From Candidatus Woesearchaeota archaeon (GTDB lineage: Archaea > Nanobdellota > Nanobdellia > SCGC-AAA011-G17 > PNOQ01): a DNA stretch of 49,971 bases. A model generated the notes under the pieces. It saw only the letters and a program-made list of their open reading frames with translations, made no database searches and was not told the origin of the DNA. The stretch covers positions 1-49,971 of the forward strand of contig JABHMJ010000043.1 in assembly GCA_018693795.1 (NCBI GenBank), in the 5' to 3' direction. Below are positions 34,542 to 45,076 of this stretch, piece by piece. The position numbers and the translations under genes are program-made. Within the stretch, counting starts at the first letter, position 1. The number at the start of each line of letters is the position of its first letter.

Positions 34542-36440
34542 TTATGCCAAATTTTCTTTAATTTTTTTAACAGAATCAGGATTAACTAATGTACTAACAT
34601 TTTTTATTTCTTTTCCAGATAACAAACCTTTCAAAATTCTTCTCATTATTTTTCCAGATCTAGTTTTTGGCAAATCTTCAACAAAATAAATTTCTTTCAA
34701 GGTAGCAATTGGTCCAATTCTTTTTCTAACATCTTGAATTAAATTCTTTTTTAGTTCATCACTAGGTTTTCCTTTTTCCAAAACAACAAAAGCAACCGGA
34801 ACTTCCCCACGAATTTTATCTGGAACTGGAACCACAGCAGCTTCATTTACATATTCATCATCATCCAATGCATTTTCCATTTCAGCTGTACTTAATCTAT
34901 GTCCAGCAACTTTAATCACATCATCAACTCTTCCAACTAATCTAATATTCCCATCTTTATCCATAAATGCACCATCACTAGTATCATATTTATCTTTAAA
35001 TTTAGACCAATAAGTTTCTTTGTATCTTTTTTCGTTTCTAAAAACTCCCCTTAACATTCCAGGAGCAAAAGGAGATAATTGAACTAAATGTCCAGTTTTT
35101 CCAGTTTTTACTTTATTACCTTTATCATTAACAATAGCCATATTTATCCCAGGAAAAGCTTTTCCAGCATAACTTGGAATAAATGGTCCAACTCCAGGCA
35201 GAGCATTAATTACATTTGCTCCCGTTTCAGTTTGCCACCAAGTATCTATTATTGGTAGTTTTGATTTCCCAATATTTTTAAAATACCAATTCCACGCATC
35301 TTCATCAATTGGTTCACCAACAGTACCTAAAATTTCTAATGAATCTAAATTATATTTCTTAACATATTTATCTCCATATTTCATAAACAATCTAATTGCA
35401 GTTGGAGCGGTGTAAAAAACATTTACTTTATTATCTTGAATAATTTCCCACCATCTCCCAAAATTAGGATAATCTGGGGAACCTTCATAAATTAATAGTG
35501 TGTTCCCTAAAGATAAAGGACCATAACATGAATAAGTATGTCCTGTAATCCAACCAACATCAGCTGTACACCACATTAAATCATTTTCGTGTAAATTAAA
35601 ATTAAATTTGCTTGTTGTATAAGCTTGTGTTAGATATCCTCCAGTATCATGAATAATACCTTTTGGTTTTCCTGTAGTTCCACTCGTGTATAAAATAAAT
35701 AAAGGATCTTCAGAATTCATCACTTCTGGTTTACATTCTGAGCTTTCTTTTCTTATTTCTTTTTTGTAATTAATAAAATCACTTGGTATTCTTTTTGCTA
35801 ATCTAGGTATTACAATAACTTTCTTTAATTTAGTTCCTTCAATTGCAATTTTTACTTTATCTAATAAATAAACTTCCTCTCCTTTCCTATAATGTCCATT
35901 TGCAGTGATTAATACTTTTGATTTCCCATCAATTATTCTTGATTTCAAAGCCTCTTCTGAAAAAGCTGAAAAAACAATAGAATGTATTGCTCCAATTCTT
36001 GCACAAGCTAACATTGCAAAAATAACTTCTGGAATCATTGGAAGGTAAATAGTTACAACATCACCTTTCTTAACTTTTAATTTTTTTAGTAGGTTGGCGA
36101 ATCTTGAAACTTCTTCTTGTAGTTCTTTGTAAGAAATTTCTACTTTCTTTTGATTATGAGGTTCTGGAATCCATACTATCGCTGTTTTGTTTTTATTTAC
36201 ATGCCTATCAATACAATTTACTGAAGCATTTATTTTCCCTTCTTTAAACCATTTAAAATAAGGAAGTTTTTCTTCGTACGCTGTTTTCCAAGGTTTTATC
36301 CATTGGAGGTTCTTAGCTTGTTCTTCCCAGAATTTAATTTTATCTTTTTTGTAGATTTTGTCGTCTTTAATCCAAGCTATACTTTTCATTTCTTGACTTG
36401 GCCAATACTTATTTCCTTTTTTTGTTACGAAATTTTTCAA
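34542..36440 (-). CDS. acs: Acetyl-CoA synthetase (AMP-forming)
   Basis: YTSGTTGKPKGI (AMP-binding motif), WWQTETG, TRSGKIMRR. 632 aa. The track start is a TTG, and the conserved N-terminal region lies upstream of the first internal ATG. Confidence 0.9.
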   Translation of the reverse strand: MKNFVTKKGNKYWPSQEMKSIAWIKDDKIYKKDKIKFWEEQAKNLQWIKPWKTAYEEKLPYFKWFKEGKINASVNCIDRHVNKNKTAIVWIPEPHNQKKVEISYKELQEEVSRFANLLKKLKVKKGDVVTIYLPMIPEVIFAMLACARIGAIHSIVFSAFSEEALKSRIIDGKSKVLITANGHYRKGEEVYLLDKVKIAIEGTKLKKVIVIPRLAKRIPSDFINYKKEIRKESSECKPEVMNSEDPLFILYTSGTTGKPKGIIHDTGGYLTQAYTTSKFNFNLHENDLMWCTADVGWITGHTYSCYGPLSLGNTLLIYEGSPDYPNFGRWWEIIQDNKVNVFYTAPTAIRLFMKYGDKYVKKYNLDSLEILGTVGEPIDEDAWNWYFKNIGKSKLPIIDTWWQTETGANVINALPGVGPFIPSYAGKAFPGINMAIVNDKGNKVKTGKTGHLVQLSPFAPGMLRGVFRNEKRYKETYWSKFKDKYDTSDGAFMDKDGNIRLVGRVDDVIKVAGHRLSTAEMENALDDDEYVNEAAVVPVPDKIRGEVPVAFVVLEKGKPSDELKKNLIQDVRKRIGPIATLKEIYFVEDLPKTRSGKIMRRILKGLLSGKEIKNVSTLVNPDSVKKIKENLA

Positions 36441-36504
36441 TTAATTTACTTTTGTTTTGTATGTTTAAATATGTTTTGCAAACATTTTTGTAATTTAACA
36501 ATAT

Positions 36505-38367
36505 TCAACCAAAAATAACAAACAAAAGAGAAATTATAGCAATCAACTTAATCAAAATATTCAAAGCAGGACCAGAACAATCTTTCAAAGGATCTCCCAC
36601 TCCATCACCAACAACCGAATTCTTATGAACCTTAGTACCATAACGATCAACCTCAACCAATTTCTTAGCATTATCCAAAGAACCACCAGCATTAGCCATA
36701 AAGATAGAAAGTAAAAAAGACGAAACAACAGCACCAGCAATCAAACTACCTAAAACACTAACACCCAATAACAACCCAACTAAAACAACCAATACAACAA
36801 CAAAAGATACAGAAATCATCATATAATAAATAGAACTTTTAGTTGCAATTCTAACCGGAGTTAAATAATCTAACTTCTTAGAACGAAACTGAGAACGAAC
36901 ATTAGTAACAATCTTAGAAGAAGTCTTACCAACTGCACTAATAACTAAAGACGAAAAGAAAAACGGAATAAATCCACCAACAAACAATGCAGCCATATTC
37001 TTAACATTCAATAAATCAATAACATCAACTTCCGCGATTAAAATAAAACTAGCTAATAATGTTAAAACTGTCAAAGCAGCAGAAGATATAGTAAATCCTT
37101 TTCCAATAGCAGCAGTTGTATTACCTAATGAATCCAACTTAGAACAATTAACTTTAGATTTCTTAGACAATTCAGCAATACCAGAAGCATTATCAGTTAT
37201 TGAACCAAATATGGTAGATGCTAAAACAACACCCATAATACTTAACATACTAACAGCAGATATAGCAATCCCCAATAATTCTAAGGAAGAATAAGATAAA
37301 ACCATAACTAAACTAATAACAATAATAGGGATAACAGTAGATAATAATCCATTAGATAATCCTGCCAAAACATTCAATGCAGCCCCACTCTCAGCAGCTT
37401 TAGCTATATTTCTAGTAGGAGAAAACTTAGAAGAAGTAAAATAAAATACACTAAACCCGATTAATATCCCTCCAACTAAACCATACAAAATAGGTAAAAT
37501 ATATGAAAACAATAACAAATAAGATAAACCTAAAATAAACACTCCAGAAACTAATAAAGAACCTAAAATTGCAACATTAGAATTTTTATGTTGAACAACT
37601 AAAATAGAAACTAAACAAGAAATAATCCCAATACTAACTAATATTAATGGAACATTTAAATCCAAACCTAAAGCAAACAACATAACCATTGTTGCAATAA
37701 TAGAAGCAACATAACTCTCAAATAAATCAGAAGACATTCCAGCAACATCACCAACATTATCTCCAACTAAATCTGCAATAACTGCAGGATTTTTAGGAGA
37801 ATCTTCTGGCAAACCTTTCTCTATTTTCCCAGTTAAATCAGCACTCAAATCAGCAGACTTAGTAAATATCCCTCCACCAACTCTCATAAACAATGCAACC
37901 AAAGAAGCTCCAAATGCAAATCCATACAATATTTTAGGATCACCAAATACACTTTGTAAAACAATAATAGCAAATAAACCTAAAACCATTGCAAAAATAC
38001 TTGCTTTCAATCCAGATAAATAAGCAATCTTTAATCCAGAATTAACACTTTTCTTACATGCTTCAGTTGTAAAAACATTTGCTTTGGTAGCAGCATTCAT
38101 TCCAACTCTTCCAGCAATCAATGAAAAAAACGCACCACTAAAAAAAGTAATAGCAAAAGCAGAACTAAAATATAAAATAACTAAAGTTAAAACTAAAATC
38201 AAAACAAACAAAATTTTGTATTCTTCTCTCAAAAAAGCCTTAGAACCCTCTCTAATTTTCAAAGAAAAGTCTTTCATAGCTTTACTTCCTGAACTTTTCT
38301 TAGAAATCCAAAAATTAAAAACTACTAAAAACAATATAGAAACAACAAAAGCTATTGATATTATCAT
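36505..38367 (-). CDS. hppA: Membrane-integral H+/Na+-translocating pyrophosphatase
   Basis: Polytopic protein carrying GDNVGDVAGMSSDLFESY and GDGVGDPLKD signatures. Confidence 0.9.
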   Translation of the reverse strand: MIISIAFVVSILFLVVFNFWISKKSSGSKAMKDFSLKIREGSKAFLREEYKILFVLILVLTLVILYFSSAFAITFFSGAFFSLIAGRVGMNAATKANVFTTEACKKSVNSGLKIAYLSGLKASIFAMVLGLFAIIVLQSVFGDPKILYGFAFGASLVALFMRVGGGIFTKSADLSADLTGKIEKGLPEDSPKNPAVIADLVGDNVGDVAGMSSDLFESYVASIIATMVMLFALGLDLNVPLILVSIGIISCLVSILVVQHKNSNVAILGSLLVSGVFILGLSYLLLFSYILPILYGLVGGILIGFSVFYFTSSKFSPTRNIAKAAESGAALNVLAGLSNGLLSTVIPIIVISLVMVLSYSSLELLGIAISAVSMLSIMGVVLASTIFGSITDNASGIAELSKKSKVNCSKLDSLGNTTAAIGKGFTISSAALTVLTLLASFILIAEVDVIDLLNVKNMAALFVGGFIPFFFSSLVISAVGKTSSKIVTNVRSQFRSKKLDYLTPVRIATKSSIYYMMISVSFVVVLVVLVGLLLGVSVLGSLIAGAVVSSFLLSIFMANAGGSLDNAKKLVEVDRYGTKVHKNSVVGDGVGDPLKDCSGPALNILIKLIAIISLLFVIFG

Positions 38368-38416
38368 TAACTTAAATTTTAGATTTTGAGTTTAAATAAG
38401 TTTTGAAAAAGAAAAA

Positions 38417-38707
38417 TTATTCTCTTTCCTTTTTAATCAATCTTTCTATGCTTGCTTTTTCAACAGCTCTATCTTCCTTATCTACAGAATTATCCAAATA
38501 CCATTGAAGAGATGTATATTTTCCATCTGGGTTTTGCACAAGTGCTTGGTCTCTCCCCCATACAACATCCACATACTTTATATTCGGTCCATTCGGTGAT
38601 TCATAAAAACTAACATCATTAATCACAGGGCCATAACATGTATGCACTGCAAAACTAAATCCTAATCCTAAGAGTAAGCCGGCACCAAAATTTTTTACTT
38701 CACTCAT
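38417..38707 (-). CDS. Hypothetical membrane-anchored protein (96 aa)
   Basis: GGGAGG lies 8 nt upstream of the ATG. One N-terminal hydrophobic segment. Confidence 0.5.
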   Translation of the reverse strand: MSEVKNFGAGLLLGLGFSFAVHTCYGPVINDVSFYESPNGPNIKYVDVVWGRDQALVQNPDGKYTSLQWYLDNSVDKEDRAVEKASIERLIKKERE

Positions 38708-38809
38708 CTTAATTTCCTCCCATTAACATATAAATCAGCAATAATAACCAATTTAAATAATTTCCTATGCGTAAAACTTATATAGAAGAATTCCCGAATT
38801 TAACTAAAA

Positions 38810-40318
38810 ATGAGGTTGAGTGTTCTAATTGGTGGTAAAGCAGGTCAAGGTATTAATAAAATTTCTCAAATAATCTCCAAAATAATGACAAAGAGAGGTT
38901 ACTACACTTTCAATTACAGAGATTATCCTTCAATAATAAGGGGAGGACATAATTTCAACGTTCTAACAATTTCAGATAAAAGAATTGGAAGTCACGAAAG
39001 TAAAATTGATTTCATAATAGCAATGGATAATAATACAATAAAACTACATAAAAAAGAACTAAGAAAAGGTGGAATAATAATATCAAATGAACAATTTAAA
39101 GACTTAGGAATAAATATTAACGTAGCACTAGCTGGTGCATTCATAAAAATTTTAGGAATAAATAAAACAACCTTAATAACTGAAATTAAAAGAACTTTAA
39201 ATTTTAAAGAATCAATAAAAGCTGCAGAACAAGGTTTTAACTCACAAAAAACAAAATTAAATCTAAAACAATTAAAAAATAAAATTACAATAATGAGTGG
39301 CTCACAAGCTATTGCTAAAGGAGCAATCAATTCTAAAATAGATAAATATTTTGCATACCCAATGACTCCAGCAACAGGAGTAATGCATGAATTAGCAAAA
39401 AATAAGAATCTAGTATTCCAACCAGAAAATGAAATAGCAGTAGTAAATGCAGCATTGGGAGCATCATTTGCAGGTGCAAAAACTATGATAGGTACTTCTG
39501 GTGGAGGATTTGATTTAATGTCGGAAGGATTAAGTCTACAAGGAATAACAGAACTTCCACTAGTAACATATTTAGCTTCAAGACCCGGACCTGGAACTGG
39601 CGTTCCAACATATTCAACTCAAGGAGATTTAAATATTGCCTTAAGAGCAGGACATGGCGAATTTCCAAGAGTTGTAATTGCACCTGGAGATCCAAAAGAG
39701 GCCATTGAAAAAACAAATGAAGCATTCTATTTAGCAAATAAATTCAATTGTCTAAGCATACTATTAGGAGATAAACATTTAGCAGAATCAGAATTTAGTA
39801 CAAACAAAAAACCACACAAACCCCTAAAAATAACTAGAAAAGGGAAACTTCCTGGGAAATCAATAGTAAAAGTATCTAGTTATGAACATGATAAATATGG
39901 AAACACTACAGAAGATCCAAAAATAGTAAAACAAAATCAAGAAAATAGATTAAAGAAATACAACAACATAAAAAAAGAATCTAAAAAATTCGAAATGATT
40001 AAAATTTATGGTAAGAAAAATTCTAAAAAATTAATAATTGGTTGGGGTTCAACAAAAGGAGTAATTCTAGATGCAATAAAAGATACTGATTACAAATTCT
40101 TACAAGTATTATATATGAAACCAATGTCAGATCAAATAAAAAAAGAAATACAAAAAGCAAACAAAGTAGTTTTAGTTGAAAATAATCTTACTGGACAATT
40201 AGGAAGAATAATTAGAGAAAAAACTGGAATTGAAATTAAAAATAGAATATTACGTTACGATTCAAGACCATTTTTATGTGATGAACTAAGAAAAGAAATA
40301 AGGAAAAAACTAAAATGA
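38810..40318 (+). CDS. 2-oxoacid:ferredoxin oxidoreductase, fused gamma-alpha subunit
   Basis: The N-terminus GGKAGQGINKISQII...IRGGHNF is the gamma-type domain. MSGSQAIAKGAI...AYPMTPATG marks the start of the alpha subunit. Confidence 0.8.
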   Translation: MRLSVLIGGKAGQGINKISQIISKIMTKRGYYTFNYRDYPSIIRGGHNFNVLTISDKRIGSHESKIDFIIAMDNNTIKLHKKELRKGGIIISNEQFKDLGININVALAGAFIKILGINKTTLITEIKRTLNFKESIKAAEQGFNSQKTKLNLKQLKNKITIMSGSQAIAKGAINSKIDKYFAYPMTPATGVMHELAKNKNLVFQPENEIAVVNAALGASFAGAKTMIGTSGGGFDLMSEGLSLQGITELPLVTYLASRPGPGTGVPTYSTQGDLNIALRAGHGEFPRVVIAPGDPKEAIEKTNEAFYLANKFNCLSILLGDKHLAESEFSTNKKPHKPLKITRKGKLPGKSIVKVSSYEHDKYGNTTEDPKIVKQNQENRLKKYNNIKKESKKFEMIKIYGKKNSKKLIIGWGSTKGVILDAIKDTDYKFLQVLYMKPMSDQIKKEIQKANKVVLVENNLTGQLGRIIREKTGIEIKNRILRYDSRPFLCDELRKEIRKKLK

Positions 40319-41070
40319 AAATAGAAACAAAATGTGAAAACACTTGGTGTCCTGGTTGTTATAATTTCATGATTCTAAATTCAATAAAAAAAACAATAAA
40401 AAAATTCAATCAAAAAGATTTTGCAATGGTCACAGGAATAGGTTGCCACGCAAAAATATTTGACTATCTTAATCTTTCAGGATTCTATGGATTACACGGA
40501 AGAGTTCTCCCAACAATGCTAGGAATAAAACTTGGAAATCCAAAACTAAATGTAATTGGTTTCGCCGGAGATGGAGATACATATTCAGAAGGTCTTTCAC
40601 ATTTCATAAGTGCAGGAAGATACAATTCAAACATAACACTATTTGTACATGATAATCAATCTTTTTCATTAACAACAGGACAAGTTACTCCAACTTCACA
40701 ACAAGGGTTTAAATCTAAAGCAGAACCTTTAGGAAACATAAACAAACCCCTAGATCCATTAAAACTAGCTTTAGCATCAGGTGCAACATTCGTAGCAAGA
40801 TGCAATTCTAAAGATATAAATCACACTGCAAAAATAATGGAACAAGCAATAAAACATGAAGGATTCTCATTTGTAGAAATAATTCAAACTTGTGTAATAT
40901 TCAATAAAGAAATGGATAATCTAACTAAATACACATACAAAGTAAATAATAAAACAAATATGAAAAAAGCATTACAATTAGCAAACAAATGGGATTACAA
41001 TTCTGCTAAAGGAAAAATTCCAGTTGGTATAATCTACAAAGAAAAAAGAAAAACACTAGAATCTACTTAA
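40315..41070 (+). CDS. 2-oxoacid:ferredoxin oxidoreductase beta (TPP-binding) subunit
   Basis: WCPGCYNF and GFAGDGDTYSEG motifs. The start overlaps the alpha stop (ATGA). Confidence 0.85.
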   Translation: MKIETKCENTWCPGCYNFMILNSIKKTIKKFNQKDFAMVTGIGCHAKIFDYLNLSGFYGLHGRVLPTMLGIKLGNPKLNVIGFAGDGDTYSEGLSHFISAGRYNSNITLFVHDNQSFSLTTGQVTPTSQQGFKSKAEPLGNINKPLDPLKLALASGATFVARCNSKDINHTAKIMEQAIKHEGFSFVEIIQTCVIFNKEMDNLTKYTYKVNNKTNMKKALQLANKWDYNSAKGKIPVGIIYKEKRKTLEST

Positions 41071-41248
41071 CTGTTATAGCAGAAGTAGGACATTCTTTAG
41101 CAGCTTTTTCATTACAACCAACTTCTTTAGGATTCTTATCAATTGGTTCAGACTTATCTCCAACCATCTTAAAATTATCACATACTTCAACACATGCCTT
41201 ACAACCAATACATTTCTTTTTACTAACTGAAACTTTAACCATAATCAA
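41063..41248 (-). CDS. Small 4Fe-4S ferredoxin (61 aa)
   Basis: CIGCKACVEVC plus a distal C...ECP. Convergent with the OFOR beta gene and overlapping it by 8 nt. Confidence 0.8.
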   Translation of the reverse strand: MIMVKVSVSKKKCIGCKACVEVCDNFKMVGDKSEPIDKNPKEVGCNEKAAKECPTSAITVK

Positions 41249-41287
41249 TTTTTAACAAAATACATTTAAATAGGTTTCTAAGAAATT

Positions 41288-41620
41288 TTATTTAGGATTG
41301 CCAATAATCCAAGAAAGCATACCCAATTTACTATTTATATTGTGTTCTTGAACAAAAAGTATATCTAGTTCGTCCCCATCTTTCAATTTATCTTTCAATT
41401 TTTCAAGTCCATAAACAAATGAAGGACTATGCATTTTTACTGAAGGTGGCATTTCCCTTTCATTTTCTATTTGAATAGTTTCTATTCTAGATATAACACT
41501 TTCAAGTTCAGATAAAGCCAAATGATAATTTCCATCTTCAATTAAAGGCACAATTTCTTGTTTATATTGTTCTAAACACTTGCCATAATCTTTTAACCAA
41601 GTCATAAATATGGTAAACAA
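41288..41620 (-). CDS. Hypothetical protein (110 aa)
   Basis: ORF only. Confidence 0.45.
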   Translation of the reverse strand: MFTIFMTWLKDYGKCLEQYKQEIVPLIEDGNYHLALSELESVISRIETIQIENEREMPPSVKMHSPSFVYGLEKLKDKLKDGDELDILFVQEHNINSKLGMLSWIIGNPK

Positions 41621-41655
41621 AATACATTTAAATACATTTCCTAAAATAAATAACT

Positions 41656-42144
41656 ATGAAAAACATCTTAATAACAATACTAATCATTCTAACAATTCTA
41701 AACCTAACTTTTTTAACAGAAATTTCAAAAAATGAAGATTTAAACAATTTTTACTACAATAACCAAGAACTTTCAGAAGATTACTCAAATAAAGAAAAAA
41801 CACATATGCAAGATGTAAAAGATTTAATCAATACATCAATAACAATAAACGCACTACTATTCTTAACATTCCTAATAAAAAAAACTACAAACTACAAAAA
41901 AGTAGGCAAATATCTAATAATAACTTCATTATTCCTTTACGTAGCAGCAATATTTTTCCAACAATTCTTCCATAACTTCCATTTGCTTTTCTTCAACAAC
42001 AACAATTGGCTTTTACCATCAACATCAAAACTAATACAAACTTATCCATTAACTTACTTCAGAAATATTTTTTTAATAATAAATACTATTTATTTGATTT
42101 TAGGAGCATTTTTAAATAAACTAAGATTATCAAATTTATGTTAG
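41656..42144 (+). CDS. Hypothetical integral membrane protein (162 aa)
   Basis: Several hydrophobic segments; no motif recognised. Confidence 0.5.
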   Translation: MKNILITILIILTILNLTFLTEISKNEDLNNFYYNNQELSEDYSNKEKTHMQDVKDLINTSITINALLFLTFLIKKTTNYKKVGKYLIITSLFLYVAAIFFQQFFHNFHLLFFNNNNWLLPSTSKLIQTYPLTYFRNIFLIINTIYLILGAFLNKLRLSNLC

Positions 42145-42614
42145 AATCATATTTAATTCAAAGGTTAAGAGACCCAACGAAGGATATTAGAGAATCAAAT
42201 TTTAAAAATGGATCAAATGGTGGCATATCTTATGGTATATTTGGAAATTTAAGCTCAATCTGCACATTTGATTTTATGAATAATGACGAATTTAGATATA
42301 GTGTAATAAACAGAGGAATAGAAAAAATAATAAAATACTCTTCAGAAGGAAAAGGATCTTCTGGAATAATAGAATTATCTAGCCCAATTCATTATATTTG
42401 TGAAAAAGATCAAAAAAGAAAAGTTAAAGGTTTAATCCAAAGATTGAATAATAATGAAGATAAATTAAAATTAAAAGAGCCAACATTATTACAAGAATCC
42501 TTAGAAAATCCAGAAGAAGCAAGAATAAAAGGTTGGTTTGAATTAAATAAAGGATTTATGTTCTTTCTAGATCAAGAAATGTATAAAAGAACTGTAGATC
42601 TTTTTAGAATATAG
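42138..42614 (+). CDS. Hypothetical protein (158 aa)
   Basis: ORF overlapping the upstream gene by 7 nt. Confidence 0.45.
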   Translation: MLESYLIQRLRDPTKDIRESNFKNGSNGGISYGIFGNLSSICTFDFMNNDEFRYSVINRGIEKIIKYSSEGKGSSGIIELSSPIHYICEKDQKRKVKGLIQRLNNNEDKLKLKEPTLLQESLENPEEARIKGWFELNKGFMFFLDQEMYKRTVDLFRI

Positions 42615-42616
42615 AT

Positions 42617-43756
42617 TCACCCTAACTTCTTCAATTTATTCAAAGCTTCATTAAGAACTTTAATTTCATCCATACTATTATACAAATAAAAACTAGCTCT
42701 AGCTGAACCCTCAATATTATTTGCATTAAACCAAGAATGCATGCAATGTTGACCACTTCTAATCATAATATTATCAGAAGTATCTAAAATAGTAGCAACC
42801 TCATGGAAATTTACTCCAGGAACATTAAAATTAACAATTCCACCAGAATTTTTACCAATTAATTTCAAACCAGAAACATCAACAGCTCTTCTCAACCTAA
42901 TTTCATGGTCTTTAATCTCACTTAAACCAATTTTACTTAAATATTTAACAGCAGCACCAAGACCAATAATCCCAGCATAATTTTGTAAGCCACCTTCAAA
43001 TTTATGTGGGGATTTTTCCATAACAAAATCATTATATGTACTATTAATTACAGTTTCACCACCAATAATAAATTGCTTCATACCTTTCAACAATTCTTCT
43101 TTTGCATAAAACACTCCAGTTCCAGTTGGACCTAACATTTTATGTCCAGAAAAAGATAAATAATCTAAATCTAATTTTTTTACATTAATTTCATTATGTG
43201 GAACAAACTGCGCCCCATCTAAATGAACTTTAACATTATTTTCATGTGCAATTTTTATTATTTCTTTTATTGGTAATGTGTATCCATCCAAATTTGAAGT
43301 TGCAACAAAACTAATCAACTCATAATTTTTAACAATTTCAGAAAATCTCTCTAAATTAAAAGTAAAATCTAAATTTGACCTAAGAATTCCTTGTTTAAAT
43401 CTTTGCCAAGGGATTAAATTGGAATTATGTTCTCTATCTGTTAATAAAACTCTTTCTCCATTAAAAGAATTAGCTAATAAATTAATACTTTCAGTGGTAT
43501 TTTTAGTAAATATAATTTCACTCTCTTTTTTTGCTCCAATAAAATCTTTAACTAACTTTCTAGCACTATTTACTTCATCATTTACTTTATTTCCAAAACT
43601 ATGTATGCTCCTTCCAGCACAAGCAGGATACTCATTATAATATTCAACAACCTTATCAACAACTTGTTTTGGTCTTAATGTCATACAAGCATTATCAAAA
43701 TAAATTGCTTTCTTCTTCAATACCGGAAAATCCTCCCGAATCTTTTCAACATTCAT
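42617..43756 (-). CDS. Cysteine desulfurase (class V aminotransferase, SufS/NifS-like)
   Basis: SFSGHKMLGPTGTGVFY (PLP-Lys) and RSGQHCMHS (active-site Cys loop). The track start at 43774 is a TTG; the first ATG is at 43756. Confidence 0.85.
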   Translation of the reverse strand: MNVEKIREDFPVLKKKAIYFDNACMTLRPKQVVDKVVEYYNEYPACAGRSIHSFGNKVNDEVNSARKLVKDFIGAKKESEIIFTKNTTESINLLANSFNGERVLLTDREHNSNLIPWQRFKQGILRSNLDFTFNLERFSEIVKNYELISFVATSNLDGYTLPIKEIIKIAHENNVKVHLDGAQFVPHNEINVKKLDLDYLSFSGHKMLGPTGTGVFYAKEELLKGMKQFIIGGETVINSTYNDFVMEKSPHKFEGGLQNYAGIIGLGAAVKYLSKIGLSEIKDHEIRLRRAVDVSGLKLIGKNSGGIVNFNVPGVNFHEVATILDTSDNIMIRSGQHCMHSWFNANNIEGSARASFYLYNSMDEIKVLNEALNKLKKLG

Positions 43757-43798
43757 CTCAAGAACAAACAACAATTCATTAATAAAAGTTTTGTATAA

Positions 43799-44101
43799 TT
43801 AATTTTCAAAAGTAATATTTATTGTTGGAACTGATTTCCATCTCCATTCATAACCTTCAAATGGATTTTCATATCCGTCCAAATTTATTCCATCTATGGG
43901 ATTCCCCTCAATATATCCTAATTCATCCATTCTTCTACAGGCTTCAATAACTTTAATCGGCTCATTTATAAGCAAATCAGCACATAATTGAGTAGTACTA
44001 GCTTGAGTTTCTCCCAATCTATTTCTAATTTTTATTTCTAAATCATTAAAATGTGGCTTTTTAATACGTTCAAACCTTGGAATATATTTCCTTAAATTCA
44101 T
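43799..44101 (-). CDS. Hypothetical protein (100 aa)
   Basis: ORF only. Confidence 0.4.
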   Translation of the reverse strand: MNLRKYIPRFERIKKPHFNDLEIKIRNRLGETQASTTQLCADLLINEPIKVIEACRRMDELGYIEGNPIDGINLDGYENPFEGYEWRWKSVPTINITFEN

Positions 44102-44132
44102 AAAAAAAGGAATTAAAAATTATTTATAAAAC

Positions 44133-44603
44133 TTACCCTTCACACGAACCACATTCACAAGACGAACCACAAGTTTCACACTGTCCATCTTCACATAATG
44201 GGTCTCCGCAATCTAAAACTTCTTGTTCAACAACATCTCCGCCCTCACCAGTTAAAATACAAAAAGGATTCTCTCCATCTTCACCAATAGGGCCATTACA
44301 ATTATCATAAACTATAGTATTATACAAAGCTTGTCCACTAAAAAATAAACTAACAAAAAACAATACAACAAATAACCAAGATACAACTTCAAAATATTTG
44401 TGTACCCCTCTAGCTAATTTAGTAGATTTGCCCATTAATTTACCAACAATTTTACTTTTTACCTTAACATCTAATCCAGATTGACATTTCCTTAAAGTAA
44501 CTCTTCTAAAAACACAATCAAATGCTTCCTTAACTAATGGCCTATAACTAGCTGAAAAAATAGCCAATACTCCAAACACTATCAAACTTAGTAAACATAT
44601 CAT
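44133..44603 (-). CDS. Membrane protein with a Cys-rich C-terminus (156 aa)
   Basis: Two hydrophobic segments. The C-terminus reads CGDPLCEDGQCETCGSSCECGSCEG. Confidence 0.5.
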   Translation of the reverse strand: MICLLSLIVFGVLAIFSASYRPLVKEAFDCVFRRVTLRKCQSGLDVKVKSKIVGKLMGKSTKLARGVHKYFEVVSWLFVVLFFVSLFFSGQALYNTIVYDNCNGPIGEDGENPFCILTGEGGDVVEQEVLDCGDPLCEDGQCETCGSSCECGSCEG

Positions 44604-44659
44604 ACTTACAAAACAAAAAAACTTTAGTTTAAAAAGATTTCTGTAGGTTTAATCTTTTT

Positions 44660-45046
44660 TTACACTCTTTCTTTTGTTTCTTCAATAGATAAAAATCTTG
44701 ATTCATCCAAAATTAAATCAGAAATTTCTCCACTAATATTAATTTCAAATATTGGTTTTCCAGAGTCCTCTAAAAATTCAGCCTCCCTATAAACTCCAGC
44801 TCCAAACATCCCATCTTGGAAAGCTAAAAAAACACCAACATCCATTGATGGCAAAACTTCTTCAAAAAAATATAACATTCCGATTCCTTTTTCAAATTTA
44901 TATCTTTGGTAACCCATATAATGTGTAGAAGTATTAGGATTTTCAATGTGGCAACCAGGAAATTCTTTTTCTATTTCATAAACTAAACGTTCTTCCGCAA
45001 CAGTACCATACAAACTTACTGGATGTCCAAAATAAACATTATTCAT
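44660..45046 (-). CDS. Hypothetical protein (128 aa); weak resemblance to the nucleoside 2-deoxyribosyltransferase-like fold
   Basis: VYFGHPV near the N-terminus and FQDGMFGAGVYREAEFLEDSGKPIF resemble the iYlAGP... and D.G..fE.G.A...GKPv patterns. Weak, by eye only. Confidence 0.35.
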   Translation of the reverse strand: MNNVYFGHPVSLYGTVAEERLVYEIEKEFPGCHIENPNTSTHYMGYQRYKFEKGIGMLYFFEEVLPSMDVGVFLAFQDGMFGAGVYREAEFLEDSGKPIFEINISGEISDLILDESRFLSIEETKERV

Positions 45047-45076
45047 AAAAATAATACTTGAAAAGAATATATAAAT

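Noticed and set aside
34438-34689. 83-aa plus-strand ORF covering part of the tmk-acs gap and the acs 3' end
   Set aside because: It overlaps the acs coding region antisense and the candidate sRNA B region. It has no start context and a low-complexity translation.
38084-39737. ORFs 38084-38389 (+), 38992-39330 (-) and 39483-39737 (-)
   Set aside because: They are antisense to hppA and to the OFOR alpha gene respectively, and carry no motifs.
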